NCBI GenBank assembly: GCA_051599415.1
Contig: AP039691.1
Coordinates: forward strand, 186,001 to 250,000
Length of the DNA stretch: 64,000 nt
Origin: Savitreella phatthalungensis
Lineage: Eukaryota
Reading direction: 5' to 3'
Every line of letters begins with the position of its first letter. The first letter of the stretch is position 1. The position numbers were made by a program, and so were the translations under genes. Positions 30,433-42,292 of the stretch are shown in pieces. A model generated the notes under the pieces. That model was not told the DNA's origin, made no database searches, and saw only the letters and a list, made by a program, of their open reading frames with translations.

Positions 30433-31447
30433 TGTGTTTGGGGTCTAGCGTTGCTCGGGCTGTGTAAAGGATTATGCTAGAGAGGTTGCGGAAGGTTTCC
30501 AGTTGCCCCGATGACTCTTTGTTTGTAATGAGATGAGTGTGAGAGTGAGTCAGGGAGTGAGTGAGTACAGGAGTGAAAGGACGATGAATGAGCTGTGTGG
30601 AGGTATAGGTGACTGCCGGTCAGTTGCCGTTGGAGGATGTTCCCGTGCTTCACTGTCGATCGCCGAGACTGTGTGTGCGTGATCGAGTGTGTATATGTGG
30701 GTGTGTGCATGTATGTATGTGTGGATATGTGTGGATATGTGATCTGGCGGATTTTAGAGCTGCACGGGGTCAAACATCTGAAATGACTTCATACCCACCC
30801 GCCTGACCACTGACAGATATGCACGAGCAGGAGCAGCTTAAATCAATCTATACTGCTGCAGGCGAATGCATAGCTGCTGGCATCGAAGGATGCAGACACA
30901 CGTGACCCTTTGGATCACCTTCAACACAAGGGGCACATATATCCATATGTATTTGCACAAATGGATATGCATGATTGATGGATGGTTGTTCAATATGCTT
31001 ATGTGCCTCTAAGGTCCAAGTGAGAGTCCAAGCTCTAAAAACTGGAAAGTGTGAATTGGATGGAAAGTCAGCTCTGATACACAACTGCAATTGATAAAGG
31101 CCTGGGGTAAACAATTAGATTATAGCTAGCTGCCTTGATTAATGAGCTCCAAATTGAGGTCTAAACACGTGATTATCAAACCCAATACTCAATATTGCAG
31201 GCGTCCATTCACCCAGTCATTCAAATGCATCCATATGCACAAGGACGTAGATGCACAACACCCACAGGTACACTGATCACAGGCACAGACAAATACACAG
31301 CCCCCTACCCATTCACCACCTGAAGCCATCAGCATCTGCACACATCTCGCTCTGGTCCTCAGCTGAACGCCTGATCTTCCAGCATTCTGTTTCTGGTCGT
31401 CTTCAACTTCAAAACCTGATTCATTTTTCCCTCTAGACACATACTCG

Positions 31448-32149
31448 ATGCCACGCAGCAAGCGCGACAAGAAGGTCAGTCTCACCCAGACCGACAAAAA
31501 GGGTAGAGAAGGCAAAGAACTCCTATTCGATGCTATCCGCGAACAACTAGACTCTGTCCGATACGTCTGGGCATTCTCAGTAGAAAATATGCGCAACACA
31601 TACCTGAAGGACGTACGGGCACAGTGGTCAGACTCCAGAATCTTCCTCGGCCGGACAAAAGTGATGGCGAAAGCACTAGGCCTTTCCCCAGAAGACGAGT
31701 ACAAGGACAACTTGCATGAGCTCACGCCCCTCATCAAGGGTACTGTCGGTCTCCTCTGCACACAGCACCCGCCCGAGCTTGTCCGGGAGTGGTTTGACGA
31801 GTACCGCAAGACAGACTTTGCACGTGCAGGCACGCCTTCACCCATCACTTTTACCTTGCCAGAAGGCCCAGTCATGTCCCGTGGAGGAACGATCTCCGCC
31901 GAAGATGACGTTCGCATGACACATATCCTGGAACCCACACTTCGACAACTGGGCGTCCCCACACGACTACAGAACGGTGTCATCACGCTTGGCTCTCAGC
32001 ACACAGTCTGCAACGAAGGTGATATCCTCAACTCCAACCAGACACGTCTGCTCAAGCTGTTCGGTCTAGCGGTGGCAGACTTTGAGGTCAGGTTGCTAGG
32101 CTACTATGATGCAGAAGATGCAAAAACCACGATGCTCGAGCAGCCCTAG
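31448..32149 (+). CDS. MRT4: Ribosome assembly factor Mrt4
   Basis: MPRSKRDKKVSLTQTDKKGRE, NMRNTYLK, IFLGRTKVM, DFARAG, EPTLRQLGVPT. Confidence 0.95.
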   Translation: MPRSKRDKKVSLTQTDKKGREGKELLFDAIREQLDSVRYVWAFSVENMRNTYLKDVRAQWSDSRIFLGRTKVMAKALGLSPEDEYKDNLHELTPLIKGTVGLLCTQHPPELVREWFDEYRKTDFARAGTPSPITFTLPEGPVMSRGGTISAEDDVRMTHILEPTLRQLGVPTRLQNGVITLGSQHTVCNEGDILNSNQTRLLKLFGLAVADFEVRLLGYYDAEDAKTTMLEQP

Positions 32150-32819
32150 ATCGCCCCAGCACCAGTTGTTGCTGCAGCTTCCCGCTCTCACACACACACA
32201 ATGTATCCAACCCACGCAGCTATTACGATAGTCTCCTCCGATAGTCTAGCCTTGTGAATGACCCATGTACAATAGGCAAGCTCCTCACCACCTGACATGA
32301 CTGCAGATGACTTCTGTAAGACACTCGATCTAGTTATGTATTGCAATGCTCCTTTGCGATCGAGGGATGCGATATTCCAGTCGCAGGCGTAGCATTGCTT
32401 CCCAAGATCTCGATTGATTGAGTGCTGGAATAGTGTGATGTGGGGCCCAAATAATGGATCGATCAATCGATCACAACAGCAGAATACATCGATCGCGTCT
32501 ACGACAGATCTCGACTGAACATGCACGCCGTCATTGGAATGCACTCAAGATAAACTACGTACCTTCGCTTCAACCACTGCACACTGGAATCTCAAACGCT
32601 CCCTAAACCTCACAGACCCCTGTGATCACTCTCTTAAGTCATTTTGTCCTCTGACAGGTGTTTGGCAAGCAGAAAATCCCGTCTCGAAATCCACCCAAGC
32701 TGTCGCGCAGGAGCTTCTCCATCGAACTCGAGAGTGCGCGGGTCTCACCTCGACCATCCACCACACGATCCATATCCCAGACAGGACCACGACCGAGACG
32801 CTTAGATCTACTCGGTGCC

Positions 32820-34313
32820 ATGGGTAGCGTCCAGCGCTTTACTTTTGGCAGAAGACAAGCCTCTTTCCTCGCATGCACGTTCGGTGGCTTGTTCTGCGGG
32901 ACCAACTATGTCTTCTCCTCCTACGCACCACAGCTCTCTGACCGTGCACATCTCACAGCCCTCGAGATCAACCTCGTTGGTATTGCCGGAAATATGGGTG
33001 TCTACCTGCTCAGTCCGTTCACCGGGAAACTCGTCGATACGCTTGGAGTCAAAAGCCCTCTAGCCATCGCAGGTGCATGCCTATTCATTGGATACTACGG
33101 GATCTACACGGTGTACGTGCGTGAATGGCAGCATGCCGCAGCGATCCTGTGTCTCTTCAGTGCGCTGACCGGCGTCGGCAGCTCGCTCGGCAACTCAGCC
33201 GTCATCAATGCAAGTGCAAAATCCTTTCCGCACAACCGCGGCACAGCGACTGCGTTTCCGGTAGCAGCATTTGGTCTGTCTGCTTTCGTCTTCAGCAGGA
33301 TCAACCATGGCTTGTTCATCGGCAACACGCCGGCATTTCTTCAGACACTAGCATTCGCCTGTGGAATCAGCCTGATCGCATGCTCGCTCGTCGTCGGCGT
33401 CTACCCGCCGAGTGGCAAAGTCGACGAGCAAAGGCCATTCAGTCATCAGTCAACTGGCTCAGCAGATCGACGTGGACGTCGGAAAAGTGACGATGATGAC
33501 GTAGCAGAACGTTCTTCTTTGCTCTCGCGAGACGACTCAGATACGTACAGAGATGATGCAGGTGATAACGAAGCCAGCCTTGGTATCCGACAAGTGCGGT
33601 CTGGTGGATCCACACCTGTACCAACAGTCGAGCTGACCGGTATTCCCCTGATGCAGAACTGGGATTTCCAGCTGATGATCACCGTCGTCGCGCTTTTGTC
33701 CGGTTCAGGACTGATGTACATCAACAATGTCTCCAACACCCTAGTGGCTCTTTCCAGAGCTGAATCACCAGCGTCGGAGGATACAATGCACCCAGAGGCA
33801 CTTCAGCAGCTCAATGTCTCCGTCCTATCCATCTTTAATTGCGCAGGCCGCATCTTCGCAGGGATCGTGAGCGATATTGTCAAAGCACGATTCGGCATCC
33901 AGCGTTCAATCTTCCTCGTCTTCTCGGCAATTCTGTTTGTTCTTCTAGCAGCCGGCATTTACACTAACACTTCCTCTCACGCCGTCGTCCTCTACACATC
34001 CCTGATGGGCTTTGGGTACGGCCAGCTGTTTGGAATCGCGCCAGTCCTGACCTCGGAGCTGTTTGGCCTTCGCCACTTCAGCACCAACTGGGGAATGATG
34101 TCCATCGCTCCAGGCATCTCTGGCAATATCTTCAACCTCCTGTTCGGCCACATCTACGACACTCACTCAGACCCACACACCCACATCTGCGCCCAAGGCA
34201 TCAATTGCTACAGGTCAGCCTTTCTCTTCACGGGCGCAGCAAGTCTAGCCGCAGCAGCTTTTGCCATCGTCCTCTTCAGACACCATACAAAAGAGTGGAC
34301 ACGATTACGATAA
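32820..34313 (+). CDS. MFS transporter (Mch1/Nodulin-like)
   Basis: GTNYVFSSYAPQL, FPHNRGTATAFPVAAFGLSAF, GLMYINNV, FGLRHFSTNWG, about 12 TM segments. Probable ATG at 32820. Confidence 0.85.
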   Translation: MGSVQRFTFGRRQASFLACTFGGLFCGTNYVFSSYAPQLSDRAHLTALEINLVGIAGNMGVYLLSPFTGKLVDTLGVKSPLAIAGACLFIGYYGIYTVYVREWQHAAAILCLFSALTGVGSSLGNSAVINASAKSFPHNRGTATAFPVAAFGLSAFVFSRINHGLFIGNTPAFLQTLAFACGISLIACSLVVGVYPPSGKVDEQRPFSHQSTGSADRRGRRKSDDDDVAERSSLLSRDDSDTYRDDAGDNEASLGIRQVRSGGSTPVPTVELTGIPLMQNWDFQLMITVVALLSGSGLMYINNVSNTLVALSRAESPASEDTMHPEALQQLNVSVLSIFNCAGRIFAGIVSDIVKARFGIQRSIFLVFSAILFVLLAAGIYTNTSSHAVVLYTSLMGFGYGQLFGIAPVLTSELFGLRHFSTNWGMMSIAPGISGNIFNLLFGHIYDTHSDPHTHICAQGINCYRSAFLFTGAASLAAAAFAIVLFRHHTKEWTRLR

Positions 34314-34798
34314 TACGTAGGCGAGTAGTAATCAGGTCGGTCAGGCATCTGTGGCATGGACTTGTTGGCTATCAGGTGGTTGATATGAGAGGGAAGAGTG
34401 TCATCCCTCGTACTGTGTACTGGGTGCGTGTGCATTGACTGTGGTATACAGAACCATGCAGCCTGGCATGAGCAAGCGAGAAAGAAAGAAAGAAACATGA
34501 ATTCATTTATGCGCACATGCACGCACACACGCAACAACAAAAACAGGAAATTGCCTACAGGACGTATACGTGACATACGCAAGCAACCGACATAAACATC
34601 AGCACAGACGTCTACTGCTCTTCATTGAGTCAGTATAGGAGCTAGCTATCACTTTGGCAGTCGCGCACGCGTCTACTAGCTTCTTACAGCCCGTCTTTCA
34701 CTCTCTGCCATCGGAAATGGTGTGCGCAACCAGGTAAAGAGAATTACCCCGATACTCCCTGTAGAAACTCCTCATCACTTCTCCTGCCTAATCTCATC

Positions 34799-37108
34799 AT
34801 GTCATCGTCGAAACAGTATCAGCGCATCTACGATCACGATCTGGAGTCAGGTCTCGCACCTGGTGCTGGCACTGGTCACACTCGGAATCGCTCAGGCTCT
34901 GGCTCTCACCCATTCGGTGAAGATGATGGCGTCCTTGACAACCTTGTCGATCTCAAGCAGATCAACGCCAGACTTTCAGAGTGGTTTGCCAAGATCAAGC
35001 TCAAGCAAGGTGGTGCACATGCCTCTCGCAAGGACTTTGACAAATTTGCAGAGGAAATCCACTCGTCCGTCTTCACGCCCACGTACTCCCAGGTCATCAG
35101 CGACGAAGAGCATCTTGCAAGGCGCGCCATCACTCGAGCAGGCTTTGAGGATATTGTAGAAAGCGTTCGGCAAGCTATCCGTGCAGACATCCAACCGCGT
35201 CTCGTCACAAAAGGATCTTCAGGCTCATATTTTGCCCTCAACAAGCGCGGCAAGGTCGTTGGTATCTTCAAGCCGAAGAACGAGGAACCATATGGGCAAT
35301 TGAATCCCAAGTGGACCAAGTGGCTGCATCGAAACCTCTTTCCCTGCTTCTTTGGCAGATCATGTCTCATTCCCAATCTCTCGTACATCTCTGAAGCCGG
35401 CGCGTATCTGCTAGACCAGCAACTTAGAGCAAACATTGTCCCACCGACGGGTGTTGTCTGGTTCGCAAGTCCCTCTTTCAACTACGACTACTTCGATCGG
35501 CGCGCACATTGGACCAAAGGTAAGCCGCTGCCTCCGAAGCAGGGTTCCTTTCAGGTCTTCCTCGATGGCTTCAAAGACGCAACAGAGTTCCTCAAAGAAC
35601 ACCCTTGGCCAGATGCATCACAGCGACCAGCCACGCAGTCCGCCCAGAGGCAATCATGGGCATCATGTGTCGGCGCAGGTGCAGCTGCCACCGGGTCTGA
35701 TGATGCAAGCGATGGATCTGGTGGGAATGCTGGAGATCAGCAAGACGAGCTTGACCGCTTGAACGAGCAGATCACCACTGGTGGCACTGCTACCACGACG
35801 GCTTTCTGGTCTGAAGAGCTAATGCAGTCGATGCGGGAAGAGCTAGAGAAGCTCGTCATCCTCGATTACATCATGCGCAACACCGACCGTGGCCTCGACA
35901 ACTGGATGCTCAAAGTCGTCCCTTGTGGGCCAGATGGCAAATCCTCGAAAGTCCAGATCGTTGCAGCAGGCGCAGGCCTCGACTCCCGCAGTACCAGCAC
36001 ATCACACCTCGGCGCAACCGTCGATCAGGAGCCACAACGAGCATCTTCCATGTCACAGACGCAGACGCCACCGAGTGAGTCCACATCAGCATCGTACCAT
36101 GCCAGCGATACAGATATGCAGCTTGGCGCGATCGATAACTCCCTCGCATTCCCATGGAAGCATCCAGACGAGTGGCGATCATTCCCGTTCGGCTGGCTGT
36201 TCCTGCCGGCTTCCCTCATCGGCAAGCCATTCTCACAGCGAACGCGACAGCATTTCCTCCCACTTCTGACCGACCCGCGCTGGTGGCGGCAGACAACGTC
36301 CAAACTGAAGGAACTCTTCTCACAGGATGCAGACTACCAGGAGCGCATGTTTGCGAAGCAGATGGCCGTCCTCAAAGGCCAAGCCTGGAATGTTGTGGAG
36401 ACCCTGAAATCGTCAGACCAGGGTCCGCTCGAACTTGCACGCAGACCTCGACTACACGTGTGGACGGACATCATGGAGGTCCCTGTCACCGTCGGGGGCG
36501 CTACTCCTTCACGCAAGCAGGCCGCCACCGCGCAAGGACCGTACGACCCTGTGAACCCGATGCCACAACCTTCCGCTCCCGGTACTGCCCATCCGACCCC
36601 GTCAAAGTCAGTCGTTCGTCACGGCAAGGGCAAGAAGAAAGCGGCACCGCCCAGCGTCTTGTTTGACGGGGACGAGATTGACCTGGGAGTCGTGGGTGAC
36701 GAGGATCTCGGGAATGGACAAGTCCGCCCAACAGCGACAGACCCGTTCGCCGACAAGCATGCGATTGCCAATGCCGACGACGACGATGTTGTCGACAACC
36801 TCCCACATGCTCGATCACGTCCACCGGCATTCGCGAGGTCAAGAACCTCAAACGACTTCCCCGATCGGCCGCGCTCGAGCGCCGACCGATCAAGATCACG
36901 AGGTCTCTCTCTCTCTAACCTGGGTCCAAATGCCCAGTACTCAGGAGAATTGTCCGGTACTGGTGCAAATGGCAACTTCAACGAGGAATCAGATCTGGGC
37001 GATCTAGGATACGGTCTGGCGAGAACGCAGGAGACATCGACCAGGAGAGTTGTAGTCGAGCGGCTCGAGACCGTGCATGGTGCAGAGGCTGTCTTCAGCT
37101 GGTGCTAG
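34799..37108 (+). CDS. LSB6: Phosphatidylinositol 4-kinase type II
   Basis: KGSSGSYF, FKPKNEEPYG, CFFGRSC palmitoylation-type motif, LDYIMRNTDRGLDNW, AIDNSLAFP, WRSFPFGW. Confidence 0.92.
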   Translation: MSSSKQYQRIYDHDLESGLAPGAGTGHTRNRSGSGSHPFGEDDGVLDNLVDLKQINARLSEWFAKIKLKQGGAHASRKDFDKFAEEIHSSVFTPTYSQVISDEEHLARRAITRAGFEDIVESVRQAIRADIQPRLVTKGSSGSYFALNKRGKVVGIFKPKNEEPYGQLNPKWTKWLHRNLFPCFFGRSCLIPNLSYISEAGAYLLDQQLRANIVPPTGVVWFASPSFNYDYFDRRAHWTKGKPLPPKQGSFQVFLDGFKDATEFLKEHPWPDASQRPATQSAQRQSWASCVGAGAAATGSDDASDGSGGNAGDQQDELDRLNEQITTGGTATTTAFWSEELMQSMREELEKLVILDYIMRNTDRGLDNWMLKVVPCGPDGKSSKVQIVAAGAGLDSRSTSTSHLGATVDQEPQRASSMSQTQTPPSESTSASYHASDTDMQLGAIDNSLAFPWKHPDEWRSFPFGWLFLPASLIGKPFSQRTRQHFLPLLTDPRWWRQTTSKLKELFSQDADYQERMFAKQMAVLKGQAWNVVETLKSSDQGPLELARRPRLHVWTDIMEVPVTVGGATPSRKQAATAQGPYDPVNPMPQPSAPGTAHPTPSKSVVRHGKGKKKAAPPSVLFDGDEIDLGVVGDEDLGNGQVRPTATDPFADKHAIANADDDDVVDNLPHARSRPPAFARSRTSNDFPDRPRSSADRSRSRGLSLSNLGPNAQYSGELSGTGANGNFNEESDLGDLGYGLARTQETSTRRVVVERLETVHGAEAVFSWC

Positions 37109-37180
37109 GGACACCATGACGCCGCGAAGCGATTTTTATGATATGATCTTATCTGTACATGCGTGTCCTCGTTCTCGATC

Positions 37181-38464
37181 CTACGTGTCAATGTCCTTAA
37201 ACAGCCAAGACACAACTTGCCTTGCCACTCGCTCGCTCTCGACAGCGCTCGTACACCATGCGTGAGACACCTCCCTGCACTCGACCACGCGATCCGTCCT
37301 CTTCAGCAACGCAGCCGCACCGGCGCTTCCAACCCCTCCACCAACTGCCCTATCGACGAGCCCACATATCTCGCGCCGTGCATCACTACTGACCCAGTGA
37401 TCCTCAGCGACCACCGCCGGCTTTCCCCTGTGCATACCCTCACTCGCAAGCCTGCGTGCCGCTGCTAGTGCTGTGGCTCTAGCATCGTGTTTCTCCCTCG
37501 TCCTCGGTGTCGCATGCATCTCGTCCGATGGCGATGTGAGCGTGACCGAGGACGTATTTGACCCGATATCGTCCTCATAGTTCGACACACCGTGCGTGCC
37601 CACGGCATAGTAGAACCTCGACTTCGCCAACACCTCCTCCCACAATCTTCCCTTCCCACCACCCGACACCGCTCGCACAAACGCATCCACCTTCTCAACA
37701 CTCGTGATCTCGACCATCTCAGACACCCCAAGCTTCAGCGCGCCCCACACATTCCGGGGCCGGCACACCAGCCCATCAACAGTCACCGCAACAGCCTCGT
37801 CCGAATGACCCCCACCCACCCAACCACGCACACACCTACCGACCCACCGACGCCCTCCGCACGCTGCAATCGCGCCTACAACCCCTGACACCGCGGTGAC
37901 CAGTGGGATGAGTGGCGCTGCTAGAGCGATGGCTGTGCGTGCGACGAGATTGGTTGCTGCTGGTGCGTTCGCGATGTGGGTGAGTGTTGGGGTGAGGTGG
38001 TAGATTGCGAGTGGTTGGGTGGTTGGGCTGATAGCGAGTGGGAGTGCCATGAATGCGCCGACAGAGTGGCCAATCACAATCCGCCTAGAGTGACTCGGCG
38101 TCCCGGCCACCACCACATCCTCCCACACCCCCAACTTGTCACCACACTGCGACCACAGATCCACATCGCCAAAACCAAACCACCGGCCCCAAACCCCAGA
38201 CGACAAAGGTCCAGGCCGTGTGGGGATGGCGTAAGGTGAGGGTGGGGTGTGGGTGAGACCGAGGTGATCGCAGGTGATGATGGTTGGCTTGGGTGAGATG
38301 CGGAGGTTTAGTTTTGGGGACCGCCGGTCGTTGGTGTGGGCTTCGGTGAGCAGGCGGGTTAGGGCATCGAGGAAGGGCGTGTAGTAGGCTGCGAGGCCTG
38401 GGTTGCCAGGGATGAAGAAGATAGTCACATGGACGTCGTCAGACTCGGTCTGATTATTACTCAT
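37181..38464 (-). CDS. Lipid-droplet-associated alpha/beta hydrolase (LDAH/DUF2305-like)
   Basis: FFIPGNPGLAAYY..FL, IGHSVGA nucleophile elbow, LTPTL, DHWV, SHAWC. Confidence 0.75.
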   Translation of the reverse strand: MSNNQTESDDVHVTIFFIPGNPGLAAYYTPFLDALTRLLTEAHTNDRRSPKLNLRISPKPTIITCDHLGLTHTPPSPYAIPTRPGPLSSGVWGRWFGFGDVDLWSQCGDKLGVWEDVVVAGTPSHSRRIVIGHSVGAFMALPLAISPTTQPLAIYHLTPTLTHIANAPAATNLVARTAIALAAPLIPLVTAVSGVVGAIAACGGRRWVGRCVRGWVGGGHSDEAVAVTVDGLVCRPRNVWGALKLGVSEMVEITSVEKVDAFVRAVSGGGKGRLWEEVLAKSRFYYAVGTHGVSNYEDDIGSNTSSVTLTSPSDEMHATPRTREKHDARATALAAARRLASEGMHRGKPAVVAEDHWVSSDARREICGLVDRAVGGGVGSAGAAALLKRTDRVVECREVSHAWCTSAVESERVARQVVSWLFKDIDT

Positions 38465-38700
38465 AGCTGACTTAGAGGGATGAGGGACATGTTTTGGAAG
38501 TGGCAGACGCGGTATATGAGGTCAGTCCTCGTGATCCGTTACGCAGCCGCTGTATGTCCTGATCCCCGCAGAATACATGTGATTTTTGTAATTCTAATTT
38601 GACATGTGACAGGCCAGGAATTTTAAGCTAGAATCATTCATTGGATCGTTAAGGCGACGAAGAGTGTAGTCGATATGTAGTGGCTAAGTGCTGTAGCAGC

Positions 38701-40977
38701 CTACTTCTGCCCTGAAGATCCCTCTGCACGGGTTTCCGCAGTCGAGTTGGTCGTTGGCTGTGATGGCTGGGTGACGAGGGTCGGTTGAATTCGCCTCTTC
38801 TTGCCTTGGCCGGCGGCTGGAGGTTCGTCCGTGCCTGCTGGTCCAGCGAGCGTTCTCTTGATGCCGCTCGAGGATGAGACTGCTGAAACGGCAGTTGTGG
38901 CAGCTGGCGTGGCAGGCGGTGTCTGGAGCGGTGGTGTTGCCGCGGCATGGGCGGTAGACGAGTGCCTCGTAGGGACTGGCGCTGCCGCCGGCTGGCCGAA
39001 AACGCTGCCGCTGAGACTAGCGTTCGAAGCGATGCTGTCGCTGCGCGCAGGCGAAGCTGTCCTGACTGCAGGTACAATGAATGACTCCGAGTCGAAGAGA
39101 GACGGTCCACTGCCTGATCCTCGACCTCGTGAACCGTGCGAATGACCATGTCGGATGACCCCGGGTACATGGCCCGTATGGACTTCTCCCAGCTCTCCGG
39201 GTGCAAACACGCATGCGGAACAGTAGCCATCTGTGCTTGTCATGATGAGCGTATGGCCGTCGTGCGACCACGCAAGGTCTGTGAAAGTCGCGTAGTGGAG
39301 GTTCGACAGTACTGCAATTGGCGTCAGCTGTTGTGTGTCGTAGATGCTTACAGCATCCTGTGTCGCGACTGCATATATCATTCTGTATGGAAGCTTGAAT
39401 GCGGCGTCTGTTGGAGTCGGGTTGCTCCCAGTCGTTGTACCAGAAGGCGCGGCTGCTGATGTATCGTCATTGTCGGATGACGCCTTGACAATAAGATCAG
39501 GTGCGCCTGTAGCCGCTGCTGCTGATGCAGCATCTGACGTGTTGGCGTTGGAATCGCTGCTATTGCGTAATCCTGGGACTTCTGCCTGCGAAGGCGGCAG
39601 ATCGCCGAGTGCTTCAATCGAGGAGGTGTCAATGCTAGCCGTGAGTGTTGGTCGTGGGGACGTGGTCCCTTGTCGGAGCTGAAATAGGACTGGGGAGCAG
39701 CGGATAGCGATGGCGGCTTTCCGTTGGTTTGGCAGATGCGCAACCGGAGGACGGGCAAAACCTGCGCGAGAGTAGATGTAGATGGTATTGAGCATCTCCT
39801 CCTCTTTTGTGACGTGCTCGCCCACCTGCTTGTACTGGCCTGCAGGTGCGAGCAGGAGACTGCCATCGGGCGTGAAGGTGAGACGTCGGAAGAAGGAAGG
39901 CAGTGCTTCATCATGGTACAGGTTGAATGGTCGCAGCTTGATCTGGCCGCCAGACGCCGATGGAGAGCCGGCAACGAGCGGCTTGACTGCAGGCAGCGGT
40001 GCGCCGGGAGCAGGACTTAGCGAGCGCCCTCGGTTGGAAGCGCTGGTTTCGAAAGAAGATCTGCGGGACGGTGTTATGGCTGGCGGACGCATCGGTAATG
40101 GCATGTGAACAGGTGTACCTGGAGCAGACGGCGATGGCGAGGCTATAGCATTCTCAGGTGGAGCGCTTGTAGGCGCGATTGCCTGTGGCTGCGGCACACT
40201 TTGTGCTGATGGTGGCAAGAGATTCTTGCCTAAGACTGCGGATGAGTCTCGCATCGGCGAGGCAGATCTGCCTTTGAGCGCTGCTGATGATGCTGTCGAG
40301 GCAACGTGATTGGGTAGGATATGCCTGGAAGAGCTTTGCGCGTTTGACACCATGAGCTGACCGTCCTTAGTCTTGAGGTGGTAGACATTGAGTGAGCGGT
40401 CACTAGATTGTGTCGCGACAAAGTCATTCAATGGATCCCAGGCAACGCCTTGAACGTAGTGGTTGTGCTCCGCAATCTGTCGGACGCACTGCCCATCTCT
40501 GGCATCGTATATTCGCGCGATATTGTCCATAGAGCCTGTGATGAGGTAGTTCCCGTCTGGCGACCAAGCTAGATCGTAAATTTCCGCACCGGACGTCGAT
40601 CTGCACATGTACTTCACACGCCAGTGCTCGCGTTCAATACCGAGCTGGTCATCTGCGGCTGCAGCGACATTGCCCTCTCGGGAGGAAGCCTCGGCTGGAA
40701 CCCAGATGAGGACGTTGCCATCGTCACCCGCAGACGCCAGGTGCTCGCCTTTTGGACTGAAGCGTACCACATTGACTGCCTGTGTATGGCGCGAGAGAGT
40801 TGCTAGGTAGGTGACTGTTGGGATCTCTCCAGGCGAGGGATGTGAGAGCTGCCATAATCTGACGCAATTGTCACCGCCAGCGGTAGCAAGTCTCCCTTTG
40901 CCGTGAGGCTCGATGTGAGCGGAGTAGATGGGACAGTCTTCACTGTGCCAGTGAACTTGAATGGCACTCGCCTTCAT
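38701..40977 (-). CDS. CAC2: Chromatin assembly factor 1 subunit B (p60, WD40)
   Basis: LATAGGD, HTQAVNVVRFSP, EIYDLAWSPD, EHNHYVQGVAWDPL, SFFRRLTFTPDG, LHYATFTDLAWS, C-terminal KKRRI B-domain-like motif. Confidence 0.92.
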   Translation of the reverse strand: MKASAIQVHWHSEDCPIYSAHIEPHGKGRLATAGGDNCVRLWQLSHPSPGEIPTVTYLATLSRHTQAVNVVRFSPKGEHLASAGDDGNVLIWVPAEASSREGNVAAAADDQLGIEREHWRVKYMCRSTSGAEIYDLAWSPDGNYLITGSMDNIARIYDARDGQCVRQIAEHNHYVQGVAWDPLNDFVATQSSDRSLNVYHLKTKDGQLMVSNAQSSSRHILPNHVASTASSAALKGRSASPMRDSSAVLGKNLLPPSAQSVPQPQAIAPTSAPPENAIASPSPSAPGTPVHMPLPMRPPAITPSRRSSFETSASNRGRSLSPAPGAPLPAVKPLVAGSPSASGGQIKLRPFNLYHDEALPSFFRRLTFTPDGSLLLAPAGQYKQVGEHVTKEEEMLNTIYIYSRAGFARPPVAHLPNQRKAAIAIRCSPVLFQLRQGTTSPRPTLTASIDTSSIEALGDLPPSQAEVPGLRNSSDSNANTSDAASAAAATGAPDLIVKASSDNDDTSAAAPSGTTTGSNPTPTDAAFKLPYRMIYAVATQDAVSIYDTQQLTPIAVLSNLHYATFTDLAWSHDGHTLIMTSTDGYCSACVFAPGELGEVHTGHVPGVIRHGHSHGSRGRGSGSGPSLFDSESFIVPAVRTASPARSDSIASNASLSGSVFGQPAAAPVPTRHSSTAHAAATPPLQTPPATPAATTAVSAVSSSSGIKRTLAGPAGTDEPPAAGQGKKRRIQPTLVTQPSQPTTNSTAETRAEGSSGQK

Positions 40978-41639
40978 GAATGTGTGCGGTTATGAGATCA
41001 GATGAGCGTTTGAGCTAAGGAGGATTGCCTCCTTGATCCTCCTCTGTCTGTATTACACCGCTCGCAGAATCGAATAAACGACTTTGGGCTCCTGACAAAG
41101 CGACAGGTCAGCTGTACGGACGTATGTGTGTGACTGACGAAGAAACGAGCTGCGGCGAAGCGGTGAAAGCTGTGATTCGTCAGAGTAGAGTAGCGCAGTT
41201 GATAGATTGAGGAAAGGTTAGAGTGGAGAAGGATCGCTGGAGTCTCAGAGTGGCGTGAACAGAACAACAGGAGCTCTCGCTTGCTTCTGACTTGACTGAC
41301 GTGCGAGACTGAGTGACTAAGAGGACGATGATGACCTGTTGCAGGGATGTGCACTTGAGTTGGTGTGGTCTGCAGTGTAATGTGCTGTACAGAGATTGAT
41401 CACTCTCTGAGTCAGTCAATCACGCGGGTACGAGCGAGGTGCACGAGTATATACACATACGAACGCCAAATTTCCGACCTCAGATGCACAAAACTATGAG
41501 ATATCTCTTGCTCGGAAGTGAAGAAGGCAAGTAGTCTATAGCTAGTACACACAAGCAAGCAAAGCATTATCTCCGATACTGATACATCAATCAGCGGTCC
41601 TGGAAGACTTGATCGTGGGGCGGAGGGGTAGATTGGATG

Positions 41640-41948
41640 CTAGTGAGTGTGCTCTGAGCCACCTGGACCGATATCTGCGTCAGTCAATGTAGCTCCATCG
41701 TCACCACCAGACTCTTCCGCCGCTGCTGCTGTTGCTGCTGCTACTACTGCATACGTCAGATCACTGTGGTCTCCCGCCGACGGTTGAGATGCTTCAGATG
41801 CACCTGGTGCCAAATCTCCTGAAGTCAAGATCTCGTCCTGATTCTGATGTATATGGTCATTGTCTCGTGTTGCATTACCGGCAGAAGAGTGCTTTAAGGT
41901 GGACACTGCCAACTGAGGATCCGAAACTTCCGCTACGCTCTCTGACAT
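41640..41948 (-). CDS. Possible small acidic disordered protein (102 aa)
   Basis: ATG 41948 (MSESVAEVSD...) with protein-like D/E/A/S composition. No recognisable domain. Confidence 0.35.
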   Translation of the reverse strand: MSESVAEVSDPQLAVSTLKHSSAGNATRDNDHIHQNQDEILTSGDLAPGASEASQPSAGDHSDLTYAVVAAATAAAAEESGGDDGATLTDADIGPGGSEHTH

Positions 41949-42292
41949 GTCGCCCGTGGCGGTTGTAAAGGCGAGCAGTCTGTATGCTGTTGGTCGGTGC
42001 AAGCCTTTAGATGGAAGTCTGTATAGTAAATGATGGTCGACTGCATACTAGATCAATAAGGTAACATGGGTTTGAAATGTGGGGAAAACTCATGAGGACG
42101 TTGAATGCGCCTCGAGTACACGTGCAGATAGAAGTCCACATATAGACATAGATGAGGCGGATATCCTTTTCACCGGATCAGTCGACACAGTTCAAGAGGC
42201 TTCTTATACTTGATAGGAGCTGAGAGGAGTATGCAGGTGCATTGCATTCAAGAGTGCTACGAGATGTTGGCTTGAAGGGTAAATGACTCATA

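Noticed and set aside
31189..31986. 265-aa antisense ORF over MRT4, and similar shadow ORFs over other genes (for example 54321-54983)
   Set aside because: They are antisense or alternate-frame shadows of well-supported genes in GC-rich coding DNA.
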